Shown piece after piece: positions 61,588-64,000 of a DNA stretch of 64,000 nucleotides (position 1 is the first letter of the stretch; each line of letters opens with the position of its first letter). Source of the stretch: Laetmonice hystrix (Eukaryota). Below the pieces are notes generated by a model. That model made no database searches. It was not told the DNA's origin and worked only from the letters and a program-made list of their open reading frames with translations. The translations under genes were made by a program, and so were the position numbers. The stretch lies in assembly GCA_965235115.1 (NCBI GenBank), contig OZ249439.1:15004001-15068000 (forward strand). The letters are read 5' to 3'.

Positions 61588-63558
61588 CTGCAAGTATTAT
61601 TTGAACGTCTTTGAAAACTTAAAAACCTTAAGATACCTCTACAGCCTCCGAAAATACATCTTCGCCGAAGAGGGCACGGGGAATTGGTCGCATTTGAAGA
61701 ATGTTTGTTTTGAGTCGTCAAACGATCCAACATCAATGCTCTTGCCTTGTTGGCGTTTGGCGCGAGTTCTTATCAGGGTCGTTTGAAGGCTAGGCCCGCG
61801 GCAAACGGCCCTACTCACATCTAAACACGTCCACTTCACCACAATTGGAATCATTACGCGAACGGGGGAGATAAATGGAATTGTATGTTAGAATCAGTTG
61901 GCTTCCACGGCACAAAGATAGCAATGTCCATGAGGAGTCTCTCTATTCAATCAAGGAGTTGGCCGTCCCAAAAGGCCAAGAACCAGCAAAGCTCTTGCCA
62001 CAAAGTCTCTTCTTAATATGTCATTTTATATTAAATGCCCCCGTTACAGTGTGTATCTGACATAAGGCAGTAACGTCAAAGTACAAACGCCCGTAGAGAC
62101 GGCATACCGACAATGAGAATGAAGCCATTACTGTGACCAAGCTACCAAGTCTTTCTCTGAACCTCATTTATAATCTTTCCGACAATGCCATTTTCTTTCC
62201 TTTCTTTGAGGACAGGGGGGGGGGGGGGGTCATGTAACGTTACGTTCACTGGAACGTCAAGTATGTTGATGTGAGAGTCGGCCTTGACTATGATGATTTT
62301 TTATATTTATTGTCCCCGTAACCATGATCATTAATATCGAGTTCTCAACCCTTGCTTATTTTGGCATTATTTAGTTCAGTTATATCACCTAAATCAGTGA
62401 CCCAAACGACCTTCACCGACAAAGCTCACGTTTATTTTGATCCCGAACCTAGAGCCTTTGCAATCAACTGTTATGATAATTGATTTTCATTCTCCGAATA
62501 TCAATAGGACTCAGCGTTCCTGTGGATGCCTCAGGTTTTGTTCTCTACCACAATTCTCGACCACTTTAGTACATATAAGTGGATATCTTTATCACAGCAG
62601 GGGTACTTCTGGGCTTCAATAGTGACGGGTAATAATGGTAGCTACGGCAACACAAGTAGCGCCCTTCCCTAGGCAGCAAACAGACGGCCATATCTATGTC
62701 TCCAACGACCGTGTGTTCCTCTGCCAATGGCTCGTCCGTCGACTCGTCCGTATGGGTATCCACGCCTCAACTATTCCCTTATGTGTGCACACCGGCGGCG
62801 CCCTCTACACCTACCCAAGTGCTTTGACGCCTCCCAGTGTTAACGGCGCATGTCAATCATCTTCACGGCGGCGGAGGCAGCGAGTCTTGCACGGAGACCG
62901 TCACATAACCTTCGTGAAATTATCCATGTACATGTTGTGTATTTTCAATAGAAATTTAATTTAGGGACCGAAATGTCATGCATTGAACCCGATACGGGAA
63001 CCTTAAAGAGGACACTCGTGAAACATCCTGGCCACAGGTCCGAGTAGGGCATCTTGTGGCGGGATAGGCTTGCTATAGTATGGGCAGACTTGGGGGAAGA
63101 ACTCGCACAGAGGATACTGGTATGCCATGTCAAAATGGTATTTAAAATTACACAGTTTGTAAAGGATGGAACACGAGAGTGCGGAAACTAGTGTTTAACT
63201 GGTAGCTTGCGCCCCAAGTGAAGGTTGCTTGACATAACTGTACATGTGTTGAACACTGGAAGGCATGACCTCCTTCGACGACAGGGATCTCCTGACACAA
63301 CACGACACACCAAGACAGGAACGGACAGGAAGCCTCTGGCAAAGATTGATCATCGCCTTTCACGTGGCCCTTAGACACGTTACAGCCACACGAGGTGACT
63401 GGAACTGTTTATCATAATCCTGTCATGCTATGGTCTTCCACCTGTGGTAATATTACACACTAGTCCTTTTTGAAACAAAGAAATTCTGCTACAAATGGTA
63501 CTTGATGCCAAGCCAAAATGTTAAGAAGCTGCATTAAATTCGGCGTCTCTCTCTCCAT

Positions 63559-63776
63559 NNNNNNNNNNNNNNNNNNNNNNNNNNNNNNNNNNNNNNNNNN
63601 NNNNNNNNNNNNNNNNNNNNNNNNNNNNNNNNNNNNNNNNNNNNNNNNNNNNNNNNNNNNNNNNNNNNNNNNNNNNNNNNNNNNNNNNNNNNNNNNNNNN
63701 NNNNNNNNNNNNNNNNNNNNNNNNNNNNNNNNNNNNNNNNNNNNNNNNNNNNNNNNNNNNNNNNNNNNNNNNNNNN
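63559..63776. other. Assembly gap (218 N)
   Basis: Run of N. Confidence 0.99.
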
Positions 63777-64000
63777 CGCCCCCGCTGTTCCCGTAGTGAT
63801 CTGTATGGGCGTCAGTATGCCGTACCAGAGCTGTCCCCTAGCCCAGACAGGAGTTCATGTGGTCGGATTAGCCACCTGGCCGGAATCGTCCCGGCTAGGG
63901 CCACGACCCGATCCAGGCGCTCCCTGCTTCATAACAACCACCGACGTACTCCGGCCATATTAAGCCGCCATTAAGGAGGCGCTCGGGTCCCCAAACGGGG

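Noticed and set aside
61600-64000. Upstream exons of gene B (expected CD...G.C...Q exon and signal peptide)
   Set aside because: No minus-strand segment with matching motifs and splice sites was found; these exons probably lie in the gap or beyond the window.
1-64000. tRNA, rRNA or tRNA-derived SINE
   Set aside because: The GGTTCG-type B-box hits examined lack a paired A-box or cloverleaf; no rRNA-like sequence was recognised.

Overview
Eukaryotic (animal) genomic DNA with GT-AG introns, many intronic minisatellites and two assembly gaps (33629-33990, 63559-63776). The overall style suggests a marine invertebrate deuterostome such as amphioxus, but that is inference only. Three spliced genes were reconstructed by hand, with consistent splice phases. 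(1) 1-2974, minus strand: an intact 6-exon gene encoding SAP + SWIM zinc finger + YqaJ/lambda-exonuclease-like PD-(D/E)XK nuclease, probably the accessory gene of a DNA transposon; it runs off the left edge. (2) 9176-18578, plus strand: a divergent GABA-B-family class C GPCR ('gene A', 14 exons found, about 1032 aa, first exon(s) not found) with a degenerate Venus-flytrap domain and a 7TM region with GPR156-like features. (3) 21000-61587, minus strand: a GABA-B-R3-type receptor ('gene B', 15 exons found, about 967 aa, 5' exons not located). Genes A and B lie tail-to-tail and share most intron positions. The most unusual feature is that five tandem arrays, including a 3-kb one, are built from copies of a real splice junction (exon edge plus donor or acceptor) of these receptors, and reading through from any decoy site meets an in-frame stop. 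Most ORFs in the supplied track are repeat or N-gap artefacts, or exon fragments.
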